Source: a virus (taxonomy: Duplodnaviria > Caudoviricetes). Taken from it: DNA of 50,088 nt. A model generated the notes under the pieces. That model was not told the DNA's origin. It saw only the letters and a program-made list of their open reading frames with translations, and searched no databases. Where the stretch lies: positions 1-50,088 of IMG/VR virus record IMGVR_UViG_3300028809_000019. One strand, given 5' to 3'. Position numbers and translations under genes: made by a program. Shown here in pieces: positions 33,346-42,297 of the stretch. How positions within the stretch are numbered: the stretch's first letter is position 1; each line of letters begins with the position of its first letter.

Positions 33346-35769
33346 ATGGCCGACAGTTCCACCCTCATTGATCGAGTCAAGATTTTCGCGGAGTCGAGCG
33401 GTAGCGGTCCGTTCGTGCTGGGCAATGCGGTTCCGGCATTCCGGGGGGCGGAAGTTCTTACCGACGGTCTGACCTACAGCTACGCCGTCGAGAACGGGGC
33501 CGACTACGAGGCGGGCCAGTGCGTCTATGTCGCCGGAGCGAACCAGCTTCTCCGCACCCCGTCCATTTCCAGTGCGGGCGGTGCGCCCGTTCCCTTCCCG
33601 GCGAACGTGGCGATCATATTTACCGCCCTTGCCGCCGATCTGACTTCTTCGCTCGAGGGGACCGGCACGGTCCGCAGTGTCTCCGCGGATGGGGGGACGA
33701 CAGGTCTTGGCTTTACTGGAAGCCCGATCCAAGTCGAAGGGACGCTGGTTCTCGGCGGCGTGCTGAACGTTACGAATGGCGGCACGGGCGGGTCGACTGG
33801 GGCGGAAGCGCGAGCGGGTCTCGGGCTCGGCAATGTCGATAATACGAGCGACGCGAATAAACCGGTCAGCACCGCCACGCAGGTCGCTTTGGACACTAAA
33901 GTCGCTACGGCCGATCTAGCGGCGGCGGGCGGCAGTAGTCTTGTCGGCTATCAGCGCGCGGGCGCCGGAACGATTCTTTCGTCGGCAGCTAATCAATTTT
34001 CGCAACGTCTGTCCATTGACGATTTCGTCGGTGCCGACCGTACCGGGACGACGAGCAGTACCGCCGCAGCCGCCGCAGCCGCCGCCGTTTTGACCGATCA
34101 ACTTGGCGGACTTTCGCATTTTCAGGCAGGCACATATTTGTGCGCGATAACGATCGGCAACTCGCAGAATTGGCGGGGCGAAGGACCGACGTCCGAAATT
34201 AGTATCCCAGCGCCGTCCACGATCAAAAAAAATACGAATGGCGCAACCGTGACGATCGATGGCTACGCGGCCAGTCTATCCGAAATCGGGATAGACGGAA
34301 ATTCTGCGAACTTTTCCGGTGTTGGTGTCCATATCAAAAAAGCGCGTTTTCGGGCTTCGGGCGTTTCGATTAACGACACGGAGAGTCATGCCTTCCATCT
34401 TGATCCTGGCGCCGGGATCAATGGCAACGCGTGGCGGCTGAGTTCGATTTATTCCAACAGCGTCCTCGGCAGCGGTATGTATATCGACCATACCGGCAAC
34501 ACCCCGACGGGTTCATTTCCGTTCGGGCCGCCCGATATCAATGCGGGCTTCTCCGATCACGCCGTTATACTAAGTTCGACCGAGTACGGCGTCTATGGCG
34601 GAAACTCCATTGACAATGTCTTCATGGCTCCGGTCATCCAGAGCTGCGGGCGAGAGGGGATTTTCCTCGACGTTGGCGCGCAAGGGTATAAGATTTTCGC
34701 ACCATATCTGGAGGCCAATGGTTCTGATGCCTCTGGAAATGAACTGATCATCAAAGCCGGATCGACCCAGCATATTGTTATAGGAAACCGATATTGCCTG
34801 CCGGGGGCGGGCAGTAAATATCTTGATGAGAACGCGCCGGGCAAGAATTATATCGTCACCTATGAGGACGGAATTGGCCGTTTTGCTCATTGGGGCGAAA
34901 TTTCTGTTCTGAATCCTGATTTTACTGCCACCGGAGAAGTTCATTACCGTGCTTTTCTCGGCGCCAACGCCGACAACGTGTTCAACATGGTTGGAACGAT
35001 TCCGGCAGGTAATGGCGGTGCATGGGGCGTCGAAACAAAGCGCCTTGGTGATACGGCCATACGGCGGCTTTCGATCGATCACCTCGGTAATGGCTACGTG
35101 CAAAACGCCACCGCATGGACTTTCGGCAAGGCCGCAGCAGATACGACAACGCCGGGGCTTACGGTTTATGCCAATGGATCGCCGCGACTTGATTTTGTCG
35201 GGTCCGGCAGCGACCCGACGACCCTCACCGCGCACTACAACGCGAACGGCTTCGTTGGCGGCATTAGCATGTCGGGATCGGCGACGACTTACGGCACTTC
35301 GTCTGACCGACGGTTGAAAAAGAAGATCCAGCCGCTAGAGGGCGGTCTGGAACTGGTCGTCAAACTTCGTCCAGTTACCTTCGAATTTCGCAAAGATAAG
35401 TCCGGTGATCGCCACCAGGGTTTTATTGCAGATGAAGTTCAGAAGTTGCTACCTCTGGCGGTGATCGGCGATCCTGATGGCGAAATACAGCTTGGTCGGA
35501 TTGTCTTCAACGACACGAACGGCAGCGGTGAGGCGATCGAAGCCGCAGGCACGATCGTTATGGAGGATGTCCCGGAGCCTGTGCGACTGCCGGATGATAC
35601 GCACTTTGAGCCGACCAGAATGGGCAAGTGGTATCAAAGTCTCGACTTGGCGAAGATCGTGCCTGCGCTGACGGGCGCAGTTCAGGAACTCGCACGACGC
35701 GACGAGGCGAAAGACGTGGTGATTGCGGAGCTTATGCGCCGCCTGTCCGCTCTGGAAAAACGAGGATAG
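33346..35769 (+). CDS. Spike/fibre with beta-helix-like body and C-terminal Peptidase_S74 chaperone
   Basis: GLGNVDNTSD..KPVS repeat; pectate-lyase-like G.G...I segment; TSSDRRLK...GFIADEV; terminal coiled coil. Confidence 0.85.
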   Translation: MADSSTLIDRVKIFAESSGSGPFVLGNAVPAFRGAEVLTDGLTYSYAVENGADYEAGQCVYVAGANQLLRTPSISSAGGAPVPFPANVAIIFTALAADLTSSLEGTGTVRSVSADGGTTGLGFTGSPIQVEGTLVLGGVLNVTNGGTGGSTGAEARAGLGLGNVDNTSDANKPVSTATQVALDTKVATADLAAAGGSSLVGYQRAGAGTILSSAANQFSQRLSIDDFVGADRTGTTSSTAAAAAAAAVLTDQLGGLSHFQAGTYLCAITIGNSQNWRGEGPTSEISIPAPSTIKKNTNGATVTIDGYAASLSEIGIDGNSANFSGVGVHIKKARFRASGVSINDTESHAFHLDPGAGINGNAWRLSSIYSNSVLGSGMYIDHTGNTPTGSFPFGPPDINAGFSDHAVILSSTEYGVYGGNSIDNVFMAPVIQSCGREGIFLDVGAQGYKIFAPYLEANGSDASGNELIIKAGSTQHIVIGNRYCLPGAGSKYLDENAPGKNYIVTYEDGIGRFAHWGEISVLNPDFTATGEVHYRAFLGANADNVFNMVGTIPAGNGGAWGVETKRLGDTAIRRLSIDHLGNGYVQNATAWTFGKAAADTTTPGLTVYANGSPRLDFVGSGSDPTTLTAHYNANGFVGGISMSGSATTYGTSSDRRLKKKIQPLEGGLELVVKLRPVTFEFRKDKSGDRHQGFIADEVQKLLPLAVIGDPDGEIQLGRIVFNDTNGSGEAIEAAGTIVMEDVPEPVRLPDDTHFEPTRMGKWYQSLDLAKIVPALTGAVQELARRDEAKDVVIAELMRRLSALEKRG

Positions 35770-35773
35770 TCGA

Positions 35774-37048
35774 ATGATTCTTCTAGCCATGGACCGAACC
35801 CCGTCCGTCCGCACGTTCGATGTGGACGGACGGCTGCACGTCGCGGTCAGCCCGATCAGTAAGGCGAACGTGTGCCCGTATCTCGGCCGCGAAATCCCCG
35901 ACTGGGAGCGGCTAGGCCTCCAGCCCGACTCGGTCTATCAGTTGCTGCGCGATCCCGAAGAATTGGCGCGCGCCGCGCCGACCTTCAATAACCTGCAGGT
36001 TCTATCCGAACACGTCCCCGTGACCAGCTGGGACGACGAAAGCCATATGGCCGAACTTACGGTCGGTTCGACAGGCACGGACGCCCTGTTCGCGGAAGAC
36101 TATCTGACCAACAGCCTGGTCGTCTGGGCGCGCCGGTCGATCGACGGGATCGAGAGTGACGAACAGCGCGAAATTTCGAGCGCGTATCGCTATCGCGCGG
36201 ACATGACGCCCGGCAATTATAAGGGCGTTGCATATGACGGGATTATGCGCGATATTATAGGCAACCATGTGGCGCTCGTGTTTGAGGGTCGCGCGGGGCC
36301 GGACGTATTTGTTGGAGACGCACAACCCATGGCTATCAAGTCAAAACGGGCGCTGATGGTGGCAGGGAGCCTTAGCGGCCTTCTCCGTCCGCATCTCGCC
36401 GCCGACGCCAAGCTCGATATTTCGGGCGCCCTGAACGGTCTGACCGACGGCACGATCAAAAAGGCGGGTGCCGTTGCTGCACTGGCCGATAAGGTCTTCG
36501 GTCTGGTCCAGCCGCAGCTTGCCGCCGATGCGGCCCTGACGGTTGCCGACGTGAAGCTCGCGATCGACGCCGCCAAGGACTTGCCGCTCGGCGAGGACGA
36601 GGAAGACCCGGAAGTCGCCGAGGACGCGGATCCCGAAGTGGCGGAAGACGAACAGGACGACGAGATCGCCGAGGACGAAGAACAGGAAGTCGCTATGGAC
36701 GCGGCGGCCGTCAAGGCATTGATCGCCAAGGGCGTCACGGCTGGCCGTAAGTCGGCACTTGCGGAAGGTGCGGCCATCCGTACCGCCGAACGTGAAGTTT
36801 TTCCGGTAACGGGCGAACTGGCCGTTGCTTTCGACAGTGCCGCGGACGTCTATCGCGCCGGACTGGAAGGTCTGGGCGTTGCGCTCGACGGCCTGCCCCG
36901 TTCGTCCTACGGCGCGACGTTCCGTGCAGTTCATACGGCCACTGCGGCTGCTCCGAAAGTCGCGCAGGACTCGACGATGACCGGCACGGCTCGCGAGAAT
37001 TTCAACAAGCGCTACCCCAAGCGCGCCACGATCCTGAAAGGGGTTTAA
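35774..37048 (+). CDS. Prohead protease/scaffold (DUF2213-like), with probable internal scaffold start at 36329
   Basis: ISKANVCPY.GREIP, E.SSAYRY, GNHVALV..GRAG; GGAGA SD before in-frame ATG 36329. Confidence 0.88.
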   Translation: MILLAMDRTPSVRTFDVDGRLHVAVSPISKANVCPYLGREIPDWERLGLQPDSVYQLLRDPEELARAAPTFNNLQVLSEHVPVTSWDDESHMAELTVGSTGTDALFAEDYLTNSLVVWARRSIDGIESDEQREISSAYRYRADMTPGNYKGVAYDGIMRDIIGNHVALVFEGRAGPDVFVGDAQPMAIKSKRALMVAGSLSGLLRPHLAADAKLDISGALNGLTDGTIKKAGAVAALADKVFGLVQPQLAADAALTVADVKLAIDAAKDLPLGEDEEDPEVAEDADPEVAEDEQDDEIAEDEEQEVAMDAAAVKALIAKGVTAGRKSALAEGAAIRTAEREVFPVTGELAVAFDSAADVYRAGLEGLGVALDGLPRSSYGATFRAVHTATAAAPKVAQDSTMTGTARENFNKRYPKRATILKGV

Positions 37049-37051
37049 GTC

Positions 37052-37798
37052 ATGCCGTTCCAGACTACTGCCGCTCAGCGCTATATCGCCCCCGGCGTAA
37101 AGGGTGGGTGGGCGTCGGCTAACCCCCACGCCTCTCTGCTCCAGTCGAACAACGGCGATCTTGGCGAAACCGCAACACCAATCGCCGTTTGGATGGTTGG
37201 TGCGGCTGGCGCGATCGTCGGCCAGTTCGCCTTTGCCGACACTGTGTCGGGCGAAGTGACGTCGACCAGCCCCGGCGGAGCGTTGATAACCGACACGACT
37301 GCGGGCACTGTCCGGGTCGGGTTTGTCCAGCGCGACCAGTTCGCCCTGATCACGCCGTATATGGCGGGTTCGACCGAAACGCTGTTCGAAGGCCAGCCGA
37401 TTACGCTGCTCGCCGAGGGTGACGTCTGGGCGGAATTTGCTGCGGGCGCACCGATGGGTTCGTTCGTGTTCGCCAGCTATGCCGACGGTTCTGCCATCGC
37501 GGGCGCCACTTCGACGCCCCCGGTTGCCGCCGCAACGACCGTCACCAATACCAGCGGCCAGCCCACGCTGACCGTCACCGCCGGCCCCATCCCGGCTGTC
37601 GGTTCGCCGATCACCGGGACGGGCGTTCCCGCAGGCGCGCGCGTAATTAGCGTGGTCGGTGCGGTCGTCACCATGTCGGCCAACTCGACGGCGGGCGTTA
37701 CGTCCATTGTGGCGACCACCGCCGCACCCACCGGCTATCGCGCCGTAAGCGTGGCGGCCAACGGCGATATTGCCAAAATCTCCGTTCAGGGGGCTTAA
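37052..37798 (+). CDS. Capsid decoration/cement protein
   Basis: Between scaffold and MCP; APGV.G..AS.NP, GFV.R.Q, GD.WA. Confidence 0.8.
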   Translation: MPFQTTAAQRYIAPGVKGGWASANPHASLLQSNNGDLGETATPIAVWMVGAAGAIVGQFAFADTVSGEVTSTSPGGALITDTTAGTVRVGFVQRDQFALITPYMAGSTETLFEGQPITLLAEGDVWAEFAAGAPMGSFVFASYADGSAIAGATSTPPVAAATTVTNTSGQPTLTVTAGPIPAVGSPITGTGVPAGARVISVVGAVVTMSANSTAGVTSIVATTAAPTGYRAVSVAANGDIAKISVQGA

Positions 37799-37802
37799 TA
37801 CA

Positions 37803-38831
37803 ATGCGCGACAATAACGAACGGCGACTCCTGGCTGAGAATGGCGTCATCATGCTGGACAACGCGGTTTACGCGCTGGACGGATGGGGCGGCGATTATCA
37901 GATGGCTCTGGACGCCCAGCCGCAACTCGTAACCACGCTCAATCAAGGCATCCCGGCATTCCTCGCGCAGATCGTCGATCCGGTCGTGCTGGAAGTCGTC
38001 CTGCAGCCTCTTCGCATTGCCGACGTGGCGGGTGGCGAGGTCATGAAGGGCGACTGGCTCTCGCAGTCGATGCTCATGCCGCTCGCCGAGTCGGCGGGGC
38101 ACGTCGTCACCTATGGCGATTACGACATGGGCGGAACGGTCGACTTTAACGTCGAATGGGTGTCGCGTCAGCCGTGGCACTATCAGACGATCAAGCGGAC
38201 CGGCGAGAAACAAATCGGCCATTGGGGCCTCGCGGCTATCGACGCGAACGCCCGCATGGACACCAGCGTCGCGCAGACGTTCAATCGCATCCGCAACCGT
38301 TCGTATGCCTATGGCGTGTTGGGCTTGCAGAACTACGGGATCCTCAACGACCCGTCGCTCTCGACCCCAATCGTGCCAAATACTAAGGCAGGCGGCGGCA
38401 CGTCGTGGGCGAACGCAACAGCCATCGAAATTTATAACGATGTGCTGAAGCTGTTCACCGCGCTGCAGGTCCAGATGGGCGGCAATCTTACCCGTAACGA
38501 CGAGCTTGTTCTCGCCCTGTCGCCGGAAAAAGAAGCAGCCCTGTCGAACGTCTCGCCGTTCAACGTGCCGACCCGCACGACCCTTATGGAAAATTTCCCC
38601 GGTCTGCGGATCGAGCCGGTTCCCGAATACGACACGGCGGCGGGTCAGGTCATGCAGTTGATTGTCCCGCAATGGGACGGCCAGCAGACCGTCTGGACCG
38701 CGTTCACGGAAAAGATGCGCGCCCATCCGGTTGTTCAGGAACTTTCGGCCTGGAGCCAGAAGTTTTCGGGCGGCACTTGGGGTTCGATCATCCGCCGGCC
38801 CATTGCGGTCAAGCAGATGCTCGGCATTTGA
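37803..38831 (+). CDS. Major capsid protein (DUF2184-like)
   Basis: AxDAQP.L.T..N.GIP, KGDW, YG.LNDP, FTEKMRAH, GTWG.IIRRP. Confidence 0.92.
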   Translation: MRDNNERRLLAENGVIMLDNAVYALDGWGGDYQMALDAQPQLVTTLNQGIPAFLAQIVDPVVLEVVLQPLRIADVAGGEVMKGDWLSQSMLMPLAESAGHVVTYGDYDMGGTVDFNVEWVSRQPWHYQTIKRTGEKQIGHWGLAAIDANARMDTSVAQTFNRIRNRSYAYGVLGLQNYGILNDPSLSTPIVPNTKAGGGTSWANATAIEIYNDVLKLFTALQVQMGGNLTRNDELVLALSPEKEAALSNVSPFNVPTRTTLMENFPGLRIEPVPEYDTAAGQVMQLIVPQWDGQQTVWTAFTEKMRAHPVVQELSAWSQKFSGGTWGSIIRRPIAVKQMLGI

Positions 38832-38852
38832 ATTAAATCCTGTCTCCCACTA

Positions 38853-38887
38853 GCCCCGACGGTGTTTCCCCTTTCCGCCGTCGGGGC
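38853..38887 (+). terminator. Stem-loop after MCP without U tract (attenuator or mRNA stabiliser)
   Basis: GCCCCGACGG / CCGTCGGGGC with a C/T-rich loop. Confidence 0.55.
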
Positions 38888-38911
38888 GCTGATGAAACAG
38901 GAGAGTAATCT

Positions 38912-39331
38912 ATGTCTTTTTACGCTTGCAAACTGCCGCACGGGCTCCACGTCGAACACGAAGGTACGACGATCATCCTCCACGGTGGGAACATCGGCGA
39001 GGAACTGGAAAACCCGAGCAAGAACGGTTCGCCCCGCGAGAACCGCCAGCGCGTCTATGGTTTCGGTCTGACCGAACTGTCCGACAAGCAGACCGACGCG
39101 TTCGAGTCGTGGCGCAAGGAAGTCACGACCGGCCCTGACGGCGCCAAGATCAAGGACGGCTTCGTGGCGTTCGATAACGGCTCGATCCTCGGCCCGTTCA
39201 AAACGCGCGCCGAAGCCGAGAAGGAATGCGGTGCGGTCAGTTCGATCGTGACGACCGGCTTTGAAGGCGTGGACCCTGAAGTCGAAGCGGCGAAGAAAAC
39301 CGGCGTCAAGGTTAAGACGCGCGAAGATTAA
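38912..39331 (+). CDS. Conserved hypothetical protein after MCP
   Basis: CKLPHGL, G.GLT, TGFEG.DP; AGGAGA SD. Confidence 0.8.
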   Translation: MSFYACKLPHGLHVEHEGTTIILHGGNIGEELENPSKNGSPRENRQRVYGFGLTELSDKQTDAFESWRKEVTTGPDGAKIKDGFVAFDNGSILGPFKTRAEAEKECGAVSSIVTTGFEGVDPEVEAAKKTGVKVKTRED

Positions 39332-39342
39332 GGGATACGAAC

Positions 39343-39804
39343 ATGGCGGTCGCGGTATTCGACTATGCGAAATGGTCCGCCATGTTCCCCTATCTGGCTG
39401 CGGGCGGTGTCACCGAACCGATAGCCCAAGGGTTTTTCGACATTGCCGGGCTTCTGCTCGCCAACGATGACTGTTCGCCAATTACCGATCTGGACAAGCG
39501 ACTCGTCCTCCTCAACTACGTGACCGCCCATCTTGCCCGTCTCGCCGGTTATCCGATCCCTGCGGGCGGCACGGCGCAACCCGACGGTATGGTCGGCCGT
39601 GTGTCGAGCGCCACCGAAGGTACGGTCAGTGTCAGCACGGATTATGGCGCGGTCCGCGAGAACCAAGCCTGGTGGCTGCAAACTCAAGAGGGCGCGACGT
39701 TCTGGCAGCTGACGCGCTTCCTCCGCACCGCCCGGTACATCGCGCCCCCGCCCCGCAACTTCGGGCCTGCTCGCCGGTCGTTCGGTGGCATATGGCGACC
39801 ATAA
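39343..39804 (+). CDS. Head-tail adaptor (DUF4054-like)
   Basis: LL....AH.A.L, VGRVSSATEGTVSVS, W..QT..G..FW. Confidence 0.85.
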   Translation: MAVAVFDYAKWSAMFPYLAAGGVTEPIAQGFFDIAGLLLANDDCSPITDLDKRLVLLNYVTAHLARLAGYPIPAGGTAQPDGMVGRVSSATEGTVSVSTDYGAVRENQAWWLQTQEGATFWQLTRFLRTARYIAPPPRNFGPARRSFGGIWRP

Positions 39805-40337
39805 GTCTATCCGGCGGCGAAAAGCTCGAGCGTCGACTAGCCGCGCTCTCCCAGCAGATCGCTAAAGGCGGAACGCTCCGGGTCGGCTTCCTCGAGGGCA
39901 GCACGTACCCCGACGGTACGTCCGTGCCGATGGTCGCCGCGGCCCAGAACTTCGGCGCGCCCGGCGCAGGCATTCCGCCCCGCCCGTTTTTCAATAAATT
40001 TATCGACGACAATAAGGACGAATGGGGCGCGCAACTCGCGCGGTTACTCCAGGGCTCGGGGTTCGACGTCGAAAAGTCGCTGAACATCATGGGCATGGGG
40101 ATGGTCGGCCAGTTGCAGACCGCAATAATTGAAACGAACGACCCGCCCCTGTCGCCGGTAACTTTGCTGCTCCGGTCGCGCTTCCCGACTGGCGACTATG
40201 AGGCGGGCGACGTATGGCAAGCTTTCGCGGATATTGCGGCCGGCGAAGTCCCGAGCGGCGGCAGTAGCAAGCCGTTGGTCTGGTCAGGCCACATGCTCGC
40301 ATCGGTTGATTATGAAGTGGTGACGGACGATGGTTAA
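39792..40337 (+). CDS. Neck/tail completion protein
   Basis: VGFLEG.TYPDG, IPPRPF, KPLV.SG.M..SV.Y. Confidence 0.8.
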   Translation: MATISLSGGEKLERRLAALSQQIAKGGTLRVGFLEGSTYPDGTSVPMVAAAQNFGAPGAGIPPRPFFNKFIDDNKDEWGAQLARLLQGSGFDVEKSLNIMGMGMVGQLQTAIIETNDPPLSPVTLLLRSRFPTGDYEAGDVWQAFADIAAGEVPSGGSSKPLVWSGHMLASVDYEVVTDDG

Positions 40338-40719
40338 TTTGCGAGCTCGCGCGAACGTACTGACCAGCCGGATCAATCCGAACCTGTCGATCGGCTATCG
40401 CCGCTATGCGGGTCGCACGGTCAATCCCGACGGCACGCAGGTCGCCGAGTATGACCCGCAGACGTCCGTCGTCGCGCAGGTCCAGTCGCTCGGCAAAAAA
40501 GAGGCCGTCCATCTGTCGTCGCTGCGCATCTCAAATTGCGAGCGCATGGTCTATGTGAACTTCCAGCTTCAGGCGACCGACCGAGTCGAACAGACCGGCG
40601 GCGATCTGGTCGTGTTCGAAGGTGCGGTCTGGCAGGTTGAAGCGATTTTGGAAGGCTGGTCGACCGCGGGCTGGTCGCGCGGCGCAGTCAGTAAGCAGAT
40701 GGACGCTCCGACAGGATGA
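40330..40719 (+). CDS. Head closure / head-tail joining protein
   Basis: INPN, AQVQ.L, GGD.V.F...W.V..ILE.W; synteny. Confidence 0.78.
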   Translation: MVNLRARANVLTSRINPNLSIGYRRYAGRTVNPDGTQVAEYDPQTSVVAQVQSLGKKEAVHLSSLRISNCERMVYVNFQLQATDRVEQTGGDLVVFEGAVWQVEAILEGWSTAGWSRGAVSKQMDAPTG

Positions 40720-41089
40720 CGGCTAGTGCGTGCGCTTGGTTGATGGGGGTTTTCGCAAAACGATCCGTTAGACGACGACCCGCTGAATCCGCTCGTAAAA
40801 TTGATAGCATTTCGGGATTTTCGCGAAACCACCGTTGCCAAAGCCCCAAATAGGCTAGCCATAAATCCTCTTTCGATATGGAAACGACGGGCGGTTTGCC
40901 CTTCCCGACTCTCCACGAAGTGCCTCCGGTCTGTCGGTATCCTTTGACGTCGAGTTGATAGGCTTCTTCAATGGTGCGACCATCGGATAGTCGGGCGAAA
41001 AGCGCGGAAAATCGCCGGTCGCCACGGCTCGATACTTCGTATCCGTCGGCGGCATAGCGCGCCCAACCCCCGCCAGCCGTCGCGGTCAT
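40688..41089 (-). CDS. Moron protein, possibly NADAR-like
   Basis: YEVSSRGDRRFSALFA...TIEEAYQLDVKGY...GKGK; AAGGA SD. Confidence 0.75.
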   Translation of the reverse strand: MTATAGGGWARYAADGYEVSSRGDRRFSALFARLSDGRTIEEAYQLDVKGYRQTGGTSWRVGKGKPPVVSISKEDLWLAYLGLWQRWFRENPEMLSILRADSAGRRLTDRFAKTPINQAHALAVILSERPSAY

Positions 41090-41235
41090 CTTGTTTCCTT
41101 CCGTCGGCGAGCAGCCCGCGCCGACCGCTGGCGCTCCCGGTCCGCCTCGTGACGGACAATATGATTGGTTGCGAGCGATAGCGTATTGCTCGAATAGCGA
41201 CAGCCGGGGACGGTGCAGCGGTATTTATCGAACAT
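41086..41235 (-). CDS. 49-aa C2H2 zinc-finger protein with basic tail (not in ORF track)
   Basis: MFDKYRCTVPGCRYSSNTLSLATNHIVRHEADRERQRSARAARRRKETR*; ATGA coupling to the next gene. Confidence 0.75.
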   Translation of the reverse strand: MFDKYRCTVPGCRYSSNTLSLATNHIVRHEADRERQRSARAARRRKETR

Positions 41236-41239
41236 CAGA

Positions 41240-41674
41240 TCACCACGTCCGGTGCGTTTCGGCGACCCATTCCAGCCCGTCGTAATTTTCGATTTGCCAC
41301 GATACGCCGGAGGGGATCGAGGTTACGTCGAGTTTCGCAAACTCCCCGTTCGCTTCGTCACCGAGTTCCTCGATAGCCGCGATCAAAGCCAGATCATCTC
41401 GGTCGATATCGCATGGCGTCAGGCTGGCAGCATCCCACGCCGCGTTTGATGCTTGACGTTCTTCCAGCGACATTTCGTGGAAATTATCCTGATCCGGCGG
41501 GCGTTGCTCGACAGGAACGAGCCAATACGTCCAGAACCCATATGGTTTTCCGTCATGTTCGGGATAGAGCGTGATGCCTTTGTGGCGCGCGTAGGCAAGC
41601 ACGCCTGCATGGCTTAGGCCGAACCCCCCGTGGCAGCGGTTAACGACGATTTTTTGAATACCTGTTTCGGACAC
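41240..41674 (-). CDS. Conserved phage hypothetical protein, first gene of the moron
   Basis: KIV.N.C.GGFGLS...R.D..L...IEELG..ANG...YDG.E; AAGGAGA SD with GTG. Confidence 0.85.
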   Translation of the reverse strand: MSETGIQKIVVNRCHGGFGLSHAGVLAYARHKGITLYPEHDGKPYGFWTYWLVPVEQRPPDQDNFHEMSLEERQASNAAWDAASLTPCDIDRDDLALIAAIEELGDEANGEFAKLDVTSIPSGVSWQIENYDGLEWVAETHRTW

Positions 41675-41696
41675 GGTTCAATCTCCTTGAGCGGCC

Positions 41697-41764
41697 ACCT
41701 TACGCATATTGACCGTCCCGTCAATACCTATTTTTCCCCCGCGTCCTGTCGTATGCTCCCCGCC
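41697..41764. promoter_or_regulatory. Bidirectional cassette 2: palindrome 41709-41724; leftward TTGACG-16-TAAGGT; rightward TATGCT 41752-41757 before leaderless ATG 41765
   Basis: 41708-41740 is identical to 47094-47126 (33 bp). Confidence 0.8.
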
Positions 41765-42295
41765 ATGGCCGCAACCGTAGACTTAACCGAACAAGCCGTC
41801 TTTACCGGCCTGCGCGCGTTCGTCCTCGACGTGCTGACGGTCGGGCCGACCAACGTCATCAAGGGCCAAGCGAACCGCGTGCCGATGCCCGCCGGTCCGA
41901 ACTTCGTAATCCTGACGCCGACGGGCCGCGCGCAACTTGCCACGACCAAACGCACCTACCTACCGTCAGCCCAGCCCGCCCCGGCACCCGGCCAGCGCGA
42001 CACGCAGCGGCAAACCCGGCTGGACGTGCAGTTCGATGTGTACGGCCCGGCAGCGGCCGAGAACGTCCAGATTATCTCCACGCTGCTCCGCGACATGTAC
42101 GGCTGCGACTTCCTGCGACCCCATCAGGTCCAGCCGCTCTATTGTGGCGACCCCAAGCAATTGCCGCTCGTCACGGGCGAATTGCAATATCTGGCGCGGT
42201 GGATGCTCGGGGCGACTTTGCAATTCAATCCTACGGTATCGACAAGCCAGCAGTTTGCCGATATTGTGGACGTCACCCTAGTAGAGGCGGATTAA
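41765..42295 (+). CDS. Tail terminator / neck protein
   Basis: GQ.NRVP.P, Q.DVYG, PLY...P.Q, Q.NP; precedes the sheath. Confidence 0.82.
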   Translation: MAATVDLTEQAVFTGLRAFVLDVLTVGPTNVIKGQANRVPMPAGPNFVILTPTGRAQLATTKRTYLPSAQPAPAPGQRDTQRQTRLDVQFDVYGPAAAENVQIISTLLRDMYGCDFLRPHQVQPLYCGDPKQLPLVTGELQYLARWMLGATLQFNPTVSTSQQFADIVDVTLVEAD

Positions 42296-42297
42296 AA

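Noticed and set aside
36341-37861. 506-aa antisense ORF (also 42427-43965, 6702-7877, 23964-25085, 37698-38726 and 4661-5755)
   Set aside because: Shadow frames of GC-rich genes; no SD or recognisable motifs
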